Assembly (NCBI GenBank): GCA_016873795.1 | Contig: VGWA01000001.1 | Span: forward strand, 2,344-66,343 | DNA length: 64,000 nucleotides | Direction: 5' to 3' | Origin: Ignavibacteria bacterium | Lineage (GTDB): Bacteria; Bacteroidota; Ignavibacteria; Tepidaquicellales; Tepidaquicellaceae | Part shown: piece by piece, positions 18,601 to 29,371 of the stretch | How the letters are laid out: every line of letters begins with the position of its first letter | How positions within the stretch are numbered: the first letter of the stretch is position 1 | Translations under genes and position numbers: made by a program | Notes under the pieces: model-generated | Seen by the model: the letters and a program-made list of their open reading frames with translations, nothing else | Database searches by the model: none | Told to the model about the DNA's origin: nothing

Positions 18601-20537
18601 AAAGGTTTTTATATAATAATTACGGACTGGTACAAGATACACGATATAAAAATATAAAACACAATGCAGAACAGGTAACCATTAACAAAAGGTTTCCGGG
18701 ACAATACTCACTTTCAGACTTTCATCAGACAGAAATTCATTCTGACAGCATTAAACTTTCAGATTTCACAGGTTCGTTGACAGCAAGTTCATTTATGGAT
18801 TTTAACTCATATTTTATATCCAATAACATACAATATAATTTATCCGGACCCGAGCATTACGGACTTACAGTTGCCAAAATCAGGAAAGTCGACGGTTTGT
18901 TTTTACAGGTAAAAAATTTCAGATTTTCTTCAATAACAACTTCCGATTCACTGATAAATTTTCTCAATACTTTCGACACGACAGATATTGCAATGTTTTG
19001 CAAGGGATATCCTTTATTTGCTGCAACAAATATGTCAACGGCTGCAAAAAATAAAATAAAAGAGTTTGGAAGCAGCTATATTGATTCCGTTATTATTCTT
19101 TCTTGGACTCACTGGAGTTTTATCAGTTATAAAAAAGAACCGGGAGCTGTTGTTTCGGAAGCATATTCTTCAGAATTTAATTTAGGGGCAACAAGTCAGA
19201 TGTCACCCTTATTTATGAATAATAACGGATATGTTAATAGTGTATTAGGACCTGCTGAAAGCTGGAAATATTTTTCCTGGGAACAATATTTATATCCGTT
19301 GTCGTTTATAAAAATTGATGTTTACGGCATAAGCAAAGAAGGTAACACAGTTCTACTTTACTCAGATTTAACAAACAATAACTTAATAAACATAGATACG
19401 GTAAACTCTCATAATTTTCCATATTTAAAACTAAACACAAAGCTTACAATCGACACTGTAACAGGATACTTCTCACCTGTGTTTAAGTCCTTAAAATTTA
19501 ATTATTATCCACCACCTGAGGTCTTACCAGATATAGGCTCCGTAATATTAAGCGATAGTGTGGTTCAGGAGGGTGACACTGTTAGAATTCAAATAAGATA
19601 TTACAATGTCGGATACTCGGATGCGACAGGAATAGTTAATAAGTGGTATGTAAGAGATACAATTAACACAATAAAAACTGAGAACATCAGTAACACTTTA
19701 ATGATAGACAGCTCTTTTATCTCCGAGGTTAATGTAAACACATCGGGTTTAAGGACACCCGGGGTTTTAAAAGATACAATAAACATATATTTTCAACAAA
19801 AGTTAACTAACAACAACGAATTATTTGAATATAACAATATTGCACTTGTACAAATAATAGTAACGGGGGATACATTAAAACCAAATTTAGAGATAACTTA
19901 TGACGGTATAAGACCTGTTACCGGTGATTTAATACAATCAAATCCTGATATCACCGTAAAATATATAGATGAAGGTAAAATGGTAATAAGAGATACTATC
20001 AGACTCTTTATAGACGGAATTCAAATTCCTCCTGTAAATGTAATATTTAATACAGAAGGAAAAGACATTAAATCAGAAGAGCAAGTACAATTTACCGATT
20101 ACATACACCAGACAGTGTTTTTCAAGCCCAGTTTAAGTGAAGGCAACCACAGATTTTCTTTTAAATACAAGTATAAACTATATAATAATATTGACTACAA
20201 AGAAGATTCCGTAATATATATATTAAACGTAAATCCACAGTTTAGAATCGTTGATATATATAATTACCCCAATCCGATGAAAGACGGAACAACATTTATG
20301 TTCAATATATCGGGAGCAAGCAAGCCGTCAAGCGGAAAAATAAAGATTTTCACGGTAGCCGGAAGGGTAATTAAAGAGATCAATTACCCTATGAACATAG
20401 GTTTTAATCAGATTTTCTGGGATGGCAGAGACAGTGACGGAGATTATATAGCGAACGGCATCTATTTTTATAAAATAATTGTTGAAGGAGATTCAAAGAA
20501 AGAGACAGCCACACAAAAGCTTGTAGTACTGAAATAG
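15660..20537 (+). CDS. Giant C25-family (gingipain/PorU-like) cysteine peptidase with CARDB-like repeats and a T9SS/FlgD-Ig-like C-terminal sorting domain (paralog 1)
   Basis: There is a signal peptide, and the N-terminus YLKMYVVEDGIYRINKTDF resembles PorU/C25 N-termini. The putative catalytic His lies in NYIGHASFQYWD (codon 17547..17549) and the Cys in IFSMTCFTG (codon 17637..17639). YYNVGYSDATG is CARDB-like. The C-terminus is NYPNPMKDGTTFMF...FWDGRDSDGDYIANGIYFYKIIVEG...KLVVLK. Confidence 0.8.
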   Translation: MKKIIVLLILFVITKIGLSQNFNWIIPNQLYLKMYVVEDGIYRINKTDFLNSGINPNVIDPRTVKVMYKGVQVPIYFYGEEDGIFNDSDYFDFYGQRNYGGITNTYYESSGVLKVGYVTDEYFNLYSDTNVYWVNWGGTYGLRYSNYTNQSSIDYPYDFKFNKLHFEVDSIYSLGETTNPNTDFRYFNTEKVLGEGWYWKELTKDSIINQSFYAPNLYTSPTLCSLKIFAYPNSASSSIFNEHRLIIAINSTIIDTLFSDGYKRFDTTIIFQNTILSGASLNQISFRYTNPDGYKGYIYFDCFTLTYPEKFIFTNNLISYKSIPQDTSANIFKVKGYNTNQQVNIYDIRNNLRITGFTSSSDTLRFTGKGNGIYEIANDYISRKPFRIKQKQVPDLLSTGNGTDYLIVYNKIFETQAEQLSSYRSSHNSFRSYKAEIEDIYDIFNYGIENPIAVRYFVKYVYDNWQFPKVRFLTLFGRGSLDPKKNQSGSVYYRNLVPVYGNPNSDGYFGNTNLGSYTYTQNIAVGRLPAYTVSEADDMVNKIISYESQQLQKWIKQGIFITGGMNRVEQILFAAQSDQFINTYITPPSVSGFPIKIYRNDSTGGVTFNYRDSIKNAINAGGLLVNYIGHASFQYWDNGMEDPSVLNNGNLLPLIFSMTCFTGKNADPSQRIFGEKFIYLSNKGAIGFIGTTGWSFTGTGNTLNGYMLQALAQDTVRYLGEILKYAGNIMTPDSISFVTKHVINCYCLSGDPASRLLLPDIPEFDIQLNDYTLLNPFPSLYENIGLVINPKNLGTHADSCKIRYKLLLDNHTYSVKDTVIYNFGFIDTLLYNFRLDTAGNYVMNIILDPDNWYPEEDSTNNKISFPIFLKNISFIPLKPIDNSVVKKDTIEITGLNPSIADINKLNLNYKQFKFSSIRLLLQLDTSIKYNSPLLQTFFTDGFTGVTTKFKYKIPILDTNTLYYWRMNSIINGDSTGWSDSKRFLYNNYGLVQDTRYKNIKHNAEQVTINKRFPGQYSLSDFHQTEIHSDSIKLSDFTGSLTASSFMDFNSYFISNNIQYNLSGPEHYGLTVAKIRKVDGLFLQVKNFRFSSITTSDSLINFLNTFDTTDIAMFCKGYPLFAATNMSTAAKNKIKEFGSSYIDSVIILSWTHWSFISYKKEPGAVVSEAYSSEFNLGATSQMSPLFMNNNGYVNSVLGPAESWKYFSWEQYLYPLSFIKIDVYGISKEGNTVLLYSDLTNNNLINIDTVNSHNFPYLKLNTKLTIDTVTGYFSPVFKSLKFNYYPPPEVLPDIGSVILSDSVVQEGDTVRIQIRYYNVGYSDATGIVNKWYVRDTINTIKTENISNTLMIDSSFISEVNVNTSGLRTPGVLKDTINIYFQQKLTNNNELFEYNNIALVQIIVTGDTLKPNLEITYDGIRPVTGDLIQSNPDITVKYIDEGKMVIRDTIRLFIDGIQIPPVNVIFNTEGKDIKSEEQVQFTDYIHQTVFFKPSLSEGNHRFSFKYKYKLYNNIDYKEDSVIYILNVNPQFRIVDIYNYPNPMKDGTTFMFNISGASKPSSGKIKIFTVAGRVIKEINYPMNIGFNQIFWDGRDSDGDYIANGIYFYKIIVEGDSKKETATQKLVVLK

Positions 20538-20702
20538 TTACTCAAGTGAACAGTAACAATGTTCAAAGAAAAAAAAGTAATTTTTTCTATTAATCGGGCA
20601 GAAAAACCACTTAATACAAATTAAAGGCGAAACTATTCTAAAATAAGGAATTTTAATAGTAAAACAAAAATTTAATATAAAAAAATAGAATTAACAATAG
20701 GT

Positions 20703-23700
20703 ATGAGTAAATTTTATTTACAAATTTTAATAATATTCACCTTTTTTACAGGTACAATCAGATTAAGTGCACAAAACTATAATTGGATAACCCCAAATCA
20801 GACTTATTTAAAGATGTATTTATTTAACGACGGAATTTACAGAATTAATAAAATAGATTTTATAAATGCGGGAATTAATCCATCAATTATTAATCCGCAA
20901 ACAGTAAAAGTATTTTATAAGGGGAACCAGATTCCAATATATTTTTACGGAGAGCAGGATGGAGTATTCAATGATTCTGATTATTTTGATTTTTTGGGAC
21001 AGAGGAATTACGGAGGATTAACAAACTCATACAATCAGAATAATCAGGTAGTTTATACTAAAGATGAATACTATGACTTATATTCAGACACGAGTGTTTA
21101 CTGGATCGGTTGGGGAGGTTCTGCCGGATTAAGATATCAGATATACACAAATTCAACCACTTTTCAATATCCCTATGATTATTATTACAAGAGAACGCAT
21201 TTCGAAAATAATCTTGTTTACACACTCGGAGAAACAAATAATTCACAATCCGACTTTAGGTATTTTAACACAGAAATCTGTCAGGGGGAAGGCTGGTACT
21301 GGCAATATATGGCTTTTAACAACACAAATACGTCTACATTTCCTGTAATGCAGCTTCCATCATCTTCTATCGAATGCAGATTAAAGATTTTTGCATATCC
21401 CGGAAACAGAAACACCTCGATATTTAATGAGCACAGATTAATTATCAGAATCAACTCTAACCTTGTAGATACAATTGAAGCCGACGACTTCAACCGTATA
21501 GATACAACACTGACTTTCCCGAGTTCCTATTTTACATATGGTTCGGGAAACAACGTATCGGTAAGATATTTCCCTTCAACGAATTTCACATCAGGGCGGA
21601 TGTATTATGATTTCGTAGAGGTAGAATATCCTTATAAATTTACTTTCGACAGTAATAAAATCAATTTCACATCTGAACTAACAGATAGTTCAGCAATAAC
21701 TTTCAAAATTTCATCTTATAACAACATAAAACAAGTAAATATCTATGACGTTGTAAACAACACCAGAATAAACAATTTCTCTTCTAGTTCCGATACATTA
21801 ATATACACAGGCAAAGGAAACGGTAAATTTTTCATTATAAATGACAGCATAACTCAAAAGCCTTTTCGAATCAAGCAAAAACAGGTACCTGATTTAGTTT
21901 CCCTTTCAAACGGTGCAGATTATCTTATAATTTATAATAAACTTTTCGCTTCAGAGGCAGAGCAGTTACGATTACACAGGGCAACATTCAATAATTTCAG
22001 GAGCGTAAAGGCTGAGATTGAAGATATATATGACATTTTCAATTATGGAATTGAAAATCCGGCGGCAGTAAGAAATTTTACAAAATATGTTTACGACAAT
22101 TGGCAGTTACCAAAACTGAAATTTATCTTATTATTCGGAAGAGCTTCGCTTGACCCTAAAAAATATTTGACTTCTTCCATATACCATCAAAATTTAGTTC
22201 CCACTTACGGAAATCCTCCATCCGACGGATATTTTTCTAATTTCAATATTGGTACTTTTACATATTACAATCAAGTAAACATTGGCAGAATCCCCGTTTA
22301 CAACAATACAGAGGCACAGGCAGTTGTATCAAAAATTATAGCTTACGATAATCAAACTATAAACCGCTGGTCTAAGCAATTTACTTTTATAGCAGCCGGA
22401 TATGATAAAAACGAGCAAGCACAATTTAGTGCATTATCAAACGGTCTAATAAACACACAAGTAATTACACCAACGACAGGAGCTTTTGTGAAAAAGATTT
22501 ACAAAAATGATTCAACGGGTTTTATGACATTTAATTTAAGGGATTCGATAAAAAATGTACTTGATTCCGGTACACAGGTTGTAAATTATATTGGTCACGC
22601 AGGAGAAGGATATTGGGATGATTTAGGAGATATGCCCGGAAACCTTAACAATGTTCCGAGGCTACCTTTAATAATAAGTATGACCTGTTTTACAGGAGAA
22701 AATTCCAAAGCAGAAAAAAGAGGGTTTGGGGAAAAGTTTATCTACTATGAAGATAAGGGTGCTATCGGGTTTTTAGGTACGACGGGATGGGGATATACTG
22801 GTTCGGGTGATATCTTTAATAATCATATTTTTCAAGGGTTGAAAGATGACACTTTAAGATATATTGGAGATATAATAAGCTATGCAAGTTACAACATGGC
22901 TCCTGATTCAATTAGTTTTGCTTCACGACATACTGTAAATTGCTATAATCTTTTAGGTGATCCGGCTTCAAAAATATTAATTCCCAAGTATCCGGAATTC
23001 GAAATAAATTTATCCGACTATTCTATTTCAACAACCTCACCTCTATTAAAACAATACATTCAATTGAAAGTATTTCCAAAAAACTTAGGTATTACCGCTG
23101 ATTCCGTAAAGATGAGGTTTATATTGATTAAAGACGGTTCTGATTATAAGATTAAAGATACAGTACTGAAAAATTTCGGTTACTGCGATACAATAATATA
23201 TAATTTTAGATTAGATACATTGGGAATTTTTTTGGTAAATATTAAAATAGATGCAGATAATCGTTTCACACTGGAAAATGAAAATAATAACGAGATTACT
23301 GTTCCGGTTATCTTAAAGAATATTTCTTTTTATCCTTTAAAACCTGTGGATAACATAATTATTTCCGGAGACTCAGTTGAATTTACAGGGATAAATCCAT
23401 TCGTGAAACTAAGTGAAAACAGCGTGAAGTTGTTCCTGCAGGTTGACACAAATATAAATTTTAATTCCCCTGTTTTACAAACATTTTTTAATGAAAATCC
23501 ACAAGGACCTGTTACAAAGTTTAAGATTGGACTCCCAGTGCTTACAAATAATAAATTGTACTACTGGAGGACGAGAACAATAATAAACAGTGATACGCTT
23601 AATTGGCACGATACAAGGAGATTTGTTCTGCAAACATCACTACAAAACATCATATGTGATTCCGATATAAACGAAGAAAAAAAGTTATCAAATAATGAAT

Positions 23701-25718
23701 ACTCAAGGCAACAAACAGGTTTAATAATTTTTAAAAAATTTGCAGGGCAATATGAATCTTTTGAATTATTTAATTCTATATGTAAATTTGATACAATTAT
23801 TTTAAGTAAATTTCAAGGAAGTCTGAAAGCGATATGTTATGCGGGTGACCCCTGGAATGCATCTTTTTTTGAGGTAAACAATTACTGGTTTCCCCTTGTT
23901 AATTCCAATAATGGAGGAACCCAATTTTACGGATTAAATATCGGAAAAGTCGATAAAAACAAAGGAACCATTCTGGATGTAAGAAATTATAAGAATCCGG
24001 ATTCGCTATTACCTTTCTTAAACACTTTCGATACAACTCATATTTTAATGCTTGTTAAAAATGCTCCTCTTGGTGTAACCAGAACATTAAATGCAACGGA
24101 GAAAACAAAGTTAAGAGAATTCGGCAGTATTCTTGTTGATTCCGTAGAAATTACCAGCTGGACTCAATGGGCTTTCATAAGCTACAAAAAGACACCCAAT
24201 CCAATTGTTTCTGAGGTTCGTTCTTACGGCTGGTACCCTGTAACAGCATCATTAAACCCTGAATTTCAGAATATTTACGGAACAGTTACGCATAACCTCG
24301 GACCAGCACATACATGGTCATATTTCAACTGGGATCAACTATTATATCCAAAAACAAGCATAAAGACAGATGTATACGGTGTTGATAAATATGAACAGGA
24401 ATATCTTTTATATTCAGATTTAACAGATAATACTTTCGTAAATCTTGATACACTGAATGCTTATACGTACCCATATTTAAAAATTATCAACAAATTACAG
24501 GTAGATACGGTGAGTTTAACACAGTCTGATATAATTGCTTACGGGGGTATCCCTTCACCTCTGTTCAAATCCTTTACATTAAACTATCAGGCACCTTCAG
24601 AAATTGCAATAGATTATAACAGTATTGCCAAATCTGATTCGTTGATAAATGAAGGTGACAGTTTAAAAGTTATATTCAATTTTTATAATGTCGGTTTCAG
24701 GGACGTTCAGCAGGGAGTAATAGTAAATTATTATTTGATGAACGACAATTTTTCCAATAAAGTATCACTCAGAACCGACACTATGTACGGAACATTAAAG
24801 ATTGACAGTATGTGGAGTGCTAGGGCAAAAGTTAAAATGACATCATTCGGGATACCAACAAGACAAAGAACTCTTAACCTCGCTTTTGAAGTTATACCGC
24901 TCGGAACTCAGAATGATTATTATTCATTCAACAATACAGGTTATGTATATGTTACTTTAAGAAATACTCCTAATATACACAAGGTGGATTTCTTTGCAGA
25001 CGGTGTTAAATTAACAGGAGGAGAATATGTAAGAATCAATCCGGACATGGTGATTAAAATAGGTAATATTCTCTCATCTCTGCAAAATAGTTTAATTAAT
25101 TCAGAACATCTGAGAACAGATAATTCTCTCCAAAGAAAAGAAAATCAATCGGGATATGTGATTGACACTTCCCTGGTAAGGATATTTTTAAACAACAACA
25201 ATTTCTCTGTACTAAATCCAAACATACAAGCAAACAATATCAGGTCCGACAATAATTTGAGAGAAAAAATCACACCTAATTCTTTCTCAGTTGACGGAGA
25301 AGATATAGTAATAAATTTCAGCCCGATTTTAAAGGAAGGTGAAAATACATTCAAGTTAGTTCTGAAAGATTTAAGCGGAAATTATGACAGTGTTAAATAT
25401 ACAGTTTATGTTTCAAACGAACTTATGGTTCAGGACTTATACAACTATCCCAATCCGATGAAGAATGAAACATATTTCATATTCAGTCTTGCAGGTCTGA
25501 ACAGGCCTACAAGCTGTAAAATTAAGATTTTTACAGTATCGGGAAGGGTTGCAAAAATTATAGATGCACCGATTAACATCGGTTATAACCAGATATTCTG
25601 GGATGGTAGAGATAACGATGGTGATTACATGGCAAACGGAATTTATTTTTACAAAATAATAATAGAGGGAGATTTACAAAAAGAAACAGCCATACAAAAA
25701 CTTGTTATACTTAAATAA
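20703..25718 (+). CDS. Giant C25-family (gingipain/PorU-like) cysteine peptidase with a T9SS C-terminal sorting domain (paralog 2)
   Basis: It is collinear with paralog 1, and the N-terminal blocks are about three-quarters identical by eye. The His lies in NYIGHAGEGYWD (codon 22596..22598) and the Cys in IISMTCFTG (codon 22686..22688). The C-terminus is NYPNPMKNETYFIF...FWDGRDNDGDYMANGIYFYKIIIEG...KLVILK. Confidence 0.8.
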   Translation: MSKFYLQILIIFTFFTGTIRLSAQNYNWITPNQTYLKMYLFNDGIYRINKIDFINAGINPSIINPQTVKVFYKGNQIPIYFYGEQDGVFNDSDYFDFLGQRNYGGLTNSYNQNNQVVYTKDEYYDLYSDTSVYWIGWGGSAGLRYQIYTNSTTFQYPYDYYYKRTHFENNLVYTLGETNNSQSDFRYFNTEICQGEGWYWQYMAFNNTNTSTFPVMQLPSSSIECRLKIFAYPGNRNTSIFNEHRLIIRINSNLVDTIEADDFNRIDTTLTFPSSYFTYGSGNNVSVRYFPSTNFTSGRMYYDFVEVEYPYKFTFDSNKINFTSELTDSSAITFKISSYNNIKQVNIYDVVNNTRINNFSSSSDTLIYTGKGNGKFFIINDSITQKPFRIKQKQVPDLVSLSNGADYLIIYNKLFASEAEQLRLHRATFNNFRSVKAEIEDIYDIFNYGIENPAAVRNFTKYVYDNWQLPKLKFILLFGRASLDPKKYLTSSIYHQNLVPTYGNPPSDGYFSNFNIGTFTYYNQVNIGRIPVYNNTEAQAVVSKIIAYDNQTINRWSKQFTFIAAGYDKNEQAQFSALSNGLINTQVITPTTGAFVKKIYKNDSTGFMTFNLRDSIKNVLDSGTQVVNYIGHAGEGYWDDLGDMPGNLNNVPRLPLIISMTCFTGENSKAEKRGFGEKFIYYEDKGAIGFLGTTGWGYTGSGDIFNNHIFQGLKDDTLRYIGDIISYASYNMAPDSISFASRHTVNCYNLLGDPASKILIPKYPEFEINLSDYSISTTSPLLKQYIQLKVFPKNLGITADSVKMRFILIKDGSDYKIKDTVLKNFGYCDTIIYNFRLDTLGIFLVNIKIDADNRFTLENENNNEITVPVILKNISFYPLKPVDNIIISGDSVEFTGINPFVKLSENSVKLFLQVDTNINFNSPVLQTFFNENPQGPVTKFKIGLPVLTNNKLYYWRTRTIINSDTLNWHDTRRFVLQTSLQNIICDSDINEEKKLSNNEYSRQQTGLIIFKKFAGQYESFELFNSICKFDTIILSKFQGSLKAICYAGDPWNASFFEVNNYWFPLVNSNNGGTQFYGLNIGKVDKNKGTILDVRNYKNPDSLLPFLNTFDTTHILMLVKNAPLGVTRTLNATEKTKLREFGSILVDSVEITSWTQWAFISYKKTPNPIVSEVRSYGWYPVTASLNPEFQNIYGTVTHNLGPAHTWSYFNWDQLLYPKTSIKTDVYGVDKYEQEYLLYSDLTDNTFVNLDTLNAYTYPYLKIINKLQVDTVSLTQSDIIAYGGIPSPLFKSFTLNYQAPSEIAIDYNSIAKSDSLINEGDSLKVIFNFYNVGFRDVQQGVIVNYYLMNDNFSNKVSLRTDTMYGTLKIDSMWSARAKVKMTSFGIPTRQRTLNLAFEVIPLGTQNDYYSFNNTGYVYVTLRNTPNIHKVDFFADGVKLTGGEYVRINPDMVIKIGNILSSLQNSLINSEHLRTDNSLQRKENQSGYVIDTSLVRIFLNNNNFSVLNPNIQANNIRSDNNLREKITPNSFSVDGEDIVINFSPILKEGENTFKLVLKDLSGNYDSVKYTVYVSNELMVQDLYNYPNPMKNETYFIFSLAGLNRPTSCKIKIFTVSGRVAKIIDAPINIGYNQIFWDGRDNDGDYMANGIYFYKIIIEGDLQKETAIQKLVILK

Positions 25719-25730
25719 ATATTTCAACAT

Positions 25731-26447
25731 ATGCCTGATAATATAATTTACCTGAAAGATAAAAAGATGATTGCCGAAAACACGATGGCAATTTTATTCG
25801 ACAGAAGCGACATTCATTATGATTATGAACCCGGTTTATATGCTGAGTTAACCTTATTGGAACCTGTTTACCACGATGAACTTGGCAACTCCAGATTTTT
25901 TTCCATTGCGAACTCCCCTGCAAAAAAAGAAGATTTACTTTTTGCCACAAGACTGGTAGAATCCGCATTCAATAAAAATCTAAAAGAATTACCAATCGGG
26001 ACAAGTGCTACTATAGGTCCGCCTATGGGAAACACTCCGCTTCATAAGGATATTACAAAGCCCGGTGTTTTTCTAATTGGCGGTATAGGAATCACCCCGG
26101 TGCGATGCATTGTCGAATATGTGACGGAAGAAAAGCTTCCTTACAAATTATTTTTATTTTATTCAAGCAGAAACTCAGGATTGATGGCTTTTTTTGATGA
26201 TTTTAAAAACTGGGCGGAAATAAATGATAACTTCACATTTATTCCCACTATAGATGATACAAATGAAAAAGACTGGAAATATGAATATGGTTATATTAAT
26301 GAAGAGATGATCAGCCGGCATATAAAAGACTATCAACAACCGATTTTTTACATTGTCGGACCGCCTGATATGGTCGACTCCATGGAAAAAATTTTAACCG
26401 ACAAAAATGTATCGAGCGAAAATATACGACTTGAGAGATTTGGATAA
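25731..26447 (+). CDS. Ferredoxin-NADP reductase-like FAD/NAD(P)-binding oxidoreductase
   Basis: RFFSIANSP is an RxYS-type FAD motif and FLIGGIGITP is the NAD(P)-binding glycine motif. YIVGPPDMV lies near the C-terminus. Confidence 0.75.
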   Translation: MPDNIIYLKDKKMIAENTMAILFDRSDIHYDYEPGLYAELTLLEPVYHDELGNSRFFSIANSPAKKEDLLFATRLVESAFNKNLKELPIGTSATIGPPMGNTPLHKDITKPGVFLIGGIGITPVRCIVEYVTEEKLPYKLFLFYSSRNSGLMAFFDDFKNWAEINDNFTFIPTIDDTNEKDWKYEYGYINEEMISRHIKDYQQPIFYIVGPPDMVDSMEKILTDKNVSSENIRLERFG

Positions 26448-26461
26448 ATAAACGGTTTGTA

Positions 26462-29371
26462 TTATTCTCGCACCAGTACTTTTTTCAGAAATTTCGCGGT
26501 ATAGCTTACATCAAAATACTTTTTTACAACATCTTCAGGAGTTCCTTCAGCAATTATTTTTCCTCCTTTATCCCCTCCTTCAGGTCCTAAATCTATTATC
26601 CAGTCTGCACATTTAATAACGTCCAAATTGTGCTCAATAACGATAACGGTATTAGATCTGTCCACGAGTTTATTCAGAACATCAAGAAGCATTTTAATAT
26701 CTTCAAAATGCAGTCCTGTAGTGGGTTCATCAAGTATGTAAATCGTTTTTCCAGTTTGAACTTTGGAAAGTTCCGTAGCAAGTTTCACCCTTTGAGCTTC
26801 TCCACCTGAAAGTGTAGTTGCCTGCTGTCCAAGCTTTATATAACCCAGACCGACATCATAAAGTGTCTGCAATTTTCTTCTCAGCGGAGGAAACGCTGAG
26901 AAAAACTCCAGCGATTCTTTCACTGTCATTTCAAGAACATCGGAAATTGATTTCCCTTTATATAGAATCTGCAGAGTTTCGTTATTATATCTTTTTCCAT
27001 AACATACATCACAAGTCACATAAACATCAGGCAGAAAATTCATTTCAATTCTTTTCAGTCCACCTCCCTCACAAGCTTCACATCTTCCGCTTTTTACGTT
27101 AAACGAAAATCTACCGACTTTATATCCCCTGATTTTTGATTCTGACAGAGATGCATATATATCTCTAATATAAGTAAAAAGCCCGGTATAAGTTGCAGGA
27201 TTACTTCGCGGAGTTCTTCCTATCGGCGACTGGTCTATCTCTATTATCTTATCAACAATTTTTTCGGTTTTATTTTTCATTTTTACTGTCAACCCCTCTA
27301 TTTCAACATATGGAAGAGGTGACTCATTCGAATTATAAAATTTGTTTGATAATATTCTATAAAACGTTTCATTAATCAGAGAGGATTTACCCGAACCGCT
27401 GACTCCGGTTACACAAATAAATTTCCCAAGTGGAATTTTCAGTGAAATGTTTTTGAGGTTGTTGCCCCTGGCTCCTTTCAAGACAATCAGTCCACCGTTC
27501 CCGTTTCTGCGAGTTTTGTTATATTGTATTTGTTTTATTCCTCTTAAATATTTTGCGGTCAAAGACTGTCCATCTATAGAAGGTAGCGGACCGGCTGCTA
27601 TTACTTCTCCGCCCTGTTCACCCGCACGCGGTCCCAAATCTACTACAAAATCGGAAGACTCGATTGTTTCCCTGTCATGTTCAACTACTATAACAGAATT
27701 ACCTATATCTCTAAGATTTTTTAAGGAGTTTATCAGTCTGATATTATCACGCTGATGAAGACCAATTGAGGGTTCATCCAGTATATAAAGAACCCCGGTA
27801 AGCTGGGAACCAATTTGTGTAGCAAGTCTGATTCTCTGTGCTTCCCCTCCGGAGAGAGTTTTGGCACTACGGTCAAGTGTTATGTATCCGAGTCCGACAT
27901 TTATCAAAAAATCGAGCCGTTTCTTGATTTCCTTGAAAATAGGTTCAGCGATTGTCTTTTTTCTGTCTTCAAGTTTTATTTTATCAAAAATTTTCCGACA
28001 GTCGGTTATTGACATCGAAGTCAAATCAAAAATATTTTTATCGCCTGTTTTTGTCTTAATTTTTACCCAGAGCGCATCTTCATTCAATCTCGCTCCTTTA
28101 CATGCATCACATTTCATAACAGCAATAAAACTTTCTGCCCAGCTTTTTTGATTAACAGATGTGGCGCGACTAAAAGTATCCAGTATATAACTTACAAATC
28201 CGGAAAATCTGTGATGATAAGTATACGAATTTCCAACGGCATTTTGATAAATATACTTTACCTTTTCTTTGGTTCCTTTCAAAAGTGCCTCAATTAGTTC
28301 ATCGGGATATTCGCATATTGGAGTATCCCCTGAAACCCCATATTTTTCAATTAAGCCGTAGGTTATAAAAGATATCCAATTCCTTTTTGGAATTCCGATA
28401 GGTGCAATTCCGCCTTTATTAAATGTCAAATTTCTGTCGGGAAAGATTTTTTTCACATCAATCTCTTTTCTCTCGCCCAGCCCATAACAATCTTTACACC
28501 AGCCATACTGAGAATTAAAAGAAAAACTATTCGGCGAGGGCTCGGAAAAACTTCTGCCTGTTAGCGGGTCAGATAATTTTTCGTTAAACATTATATCTTT
28601 CATACCATCATTTACAATCACTACCCCATTACCATATCTTAGTGCAAGTTCAAGAGACTCATAAATTCTGTTTCTTGCTTTTTCATTATCCTCAAATTCA
28701 AATGAAATTCTATCAATAACAATTTCTATATTATGTATTCGAAATCTCCCAACTTTCATAGAAGGAATTATGTCTTTAATTTCGCCATCAACTCTTACTT
28801 TCGTAAATCCATCATTTAAAATTTCTTCGAATAATTCTTTGTAATGTCCTTTCCTGCCTCTTACTTTAGGCGCAAGAATTGTAATCTTCTTATTTCTAAG
28901 TTTCGGTTGTTTACCAACCCTGTGTCCTGAAAAGGAAAAAATACTTTCAACAATCTGATCTATACTTTGTCTTGTAACAGCAAGACCTGTATCAGGAGAG
29001 TATTGAATTCCTACCCTTGCAAAAAGTAATCTTAGAAAGTCATAAATTTCAGTTACAGTACCAACTGTAGAACGGGGATTATGAGAAATACTTTTTTGCT
29101 CAATAGCAATCACAGGAGAAAGTCCTTCAATTTTATCTACATCAGGTCTTTCTATTCCGCCTATAAACTGCCTTGCGTATGCGGAAAGAGTCTCCATAAA
29201 TCTCCTCTGCCCTTCTGCATAAATCGTATCAAATGCAAGAGACGATTTCCCTGAACCTGAAAGTCCCGTAAACACTACAAAACTGTCCCTGGGAATTTCC
29301 ACATCTATGTTTTTAAGGTTATGAACTCTTGCACCCTTAACTATAATTTTATCCAAATGTGATTCTAACAA
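26462..29371 (-). CDS. uvrA: Excinuclease ABC subunit A
   Basis: [45 protein letters not shown], two ABC signature LSGGEAQR motifs, and zinc-finger CxxC pairs. Confidence 0.97.
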   Translation of the reverse strand: MLESHLDKIIVKGARVHNLKNIDVEIPRDSFVVFTGLSGSGKSSLAFDTIYAEGQRRFMETLSAYARQFIGGIERPDVDKIEGLSPVIAIEQKSISHNPRSTVGTVTEIYDFLRLLFARVGIQYSPDTGLAVTRQSIDQIVESIFSFSGHRVGKQPKLRNKKITILAPKVRGRKGHYKELFEEILNDGFTKVRVDGEIKDIIPSMKVGRFRIHNIEIVIDRISFEFEDNEKARNRIYESLELALRYGNGVVIVNDGMKDIMFNEKLSDPLTGRSFSEPSPNSFSFNSQYGWCKDCYGLGERKEIDVKKIFPDRNLTFNKGGIAPIGIPKRNWISFITYGLIEKYGVSGDTPICEYPDELIEALLKGTKEKVKYIYQNAVGNSYTYHHRFSGFVSYILDTFSRATSVNQKSWAESFIAVMKCDACKGARLNEDALWVKIKTKTGDKNIFDLTSMSITDCRKIFDKIKLEDRKKTIAEPIFKEIKKRLDFLINVGLGYITLDRSAKTLSGGEAQRIRLATQIGSQLTGVLYILDEPSIGLHQRDNIRLINSLKNLRDIGNSVIVVEHDRETIESSDFVVDLGPRAGEQGGEVIAAGPLPSIDGQSLTAKYLRGIKQIQYNKTRRNGNGGLIVLKGARGNNLKNISLKIPLGKFICVTGVSGSGKSSLINETFYRILSNKFYNSNESPLPYVEIEGLTVKMKNKTEKIVDKIIEIDQSPIGRTPRSNPATYTGLFTYIRDIYASLSESKIRGYKVGRFSFNVKSGRCEACEGGGLKRIEMNFLPDVYVTCDVCYGKRYNNETLQILYKGKSISDVLEMTVKESLEFFSAFPPLRRKLQTLYDVGLGYIKLGQQATTLSGGEAQRVKLATELSKVQTGKTIYILDEPTTGLHFEDIKMLLDVLNKLVDRSNTVIVIEHNLDVIKCADWIIDLGPEGGDKGGKIIAEGTPEDVVKKYFDVSYTAKFLKKVLVRE

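Noticed and set aside
20537-20557. Hairpin GTTACT-N9-AGTAAC right after the stop of C25 gene 1, considered as a terminator
   Set aside because: The stem is only 6 bp and AT-rich, and no T-tract follows. This is insufficient evidence.
26818-28151. Several 60-100 aa plus-strand ORFs inside uvrA
   Set aside because: They are antisense to a highly conserved, full-length uvrA and have no motifs. They are spurious.
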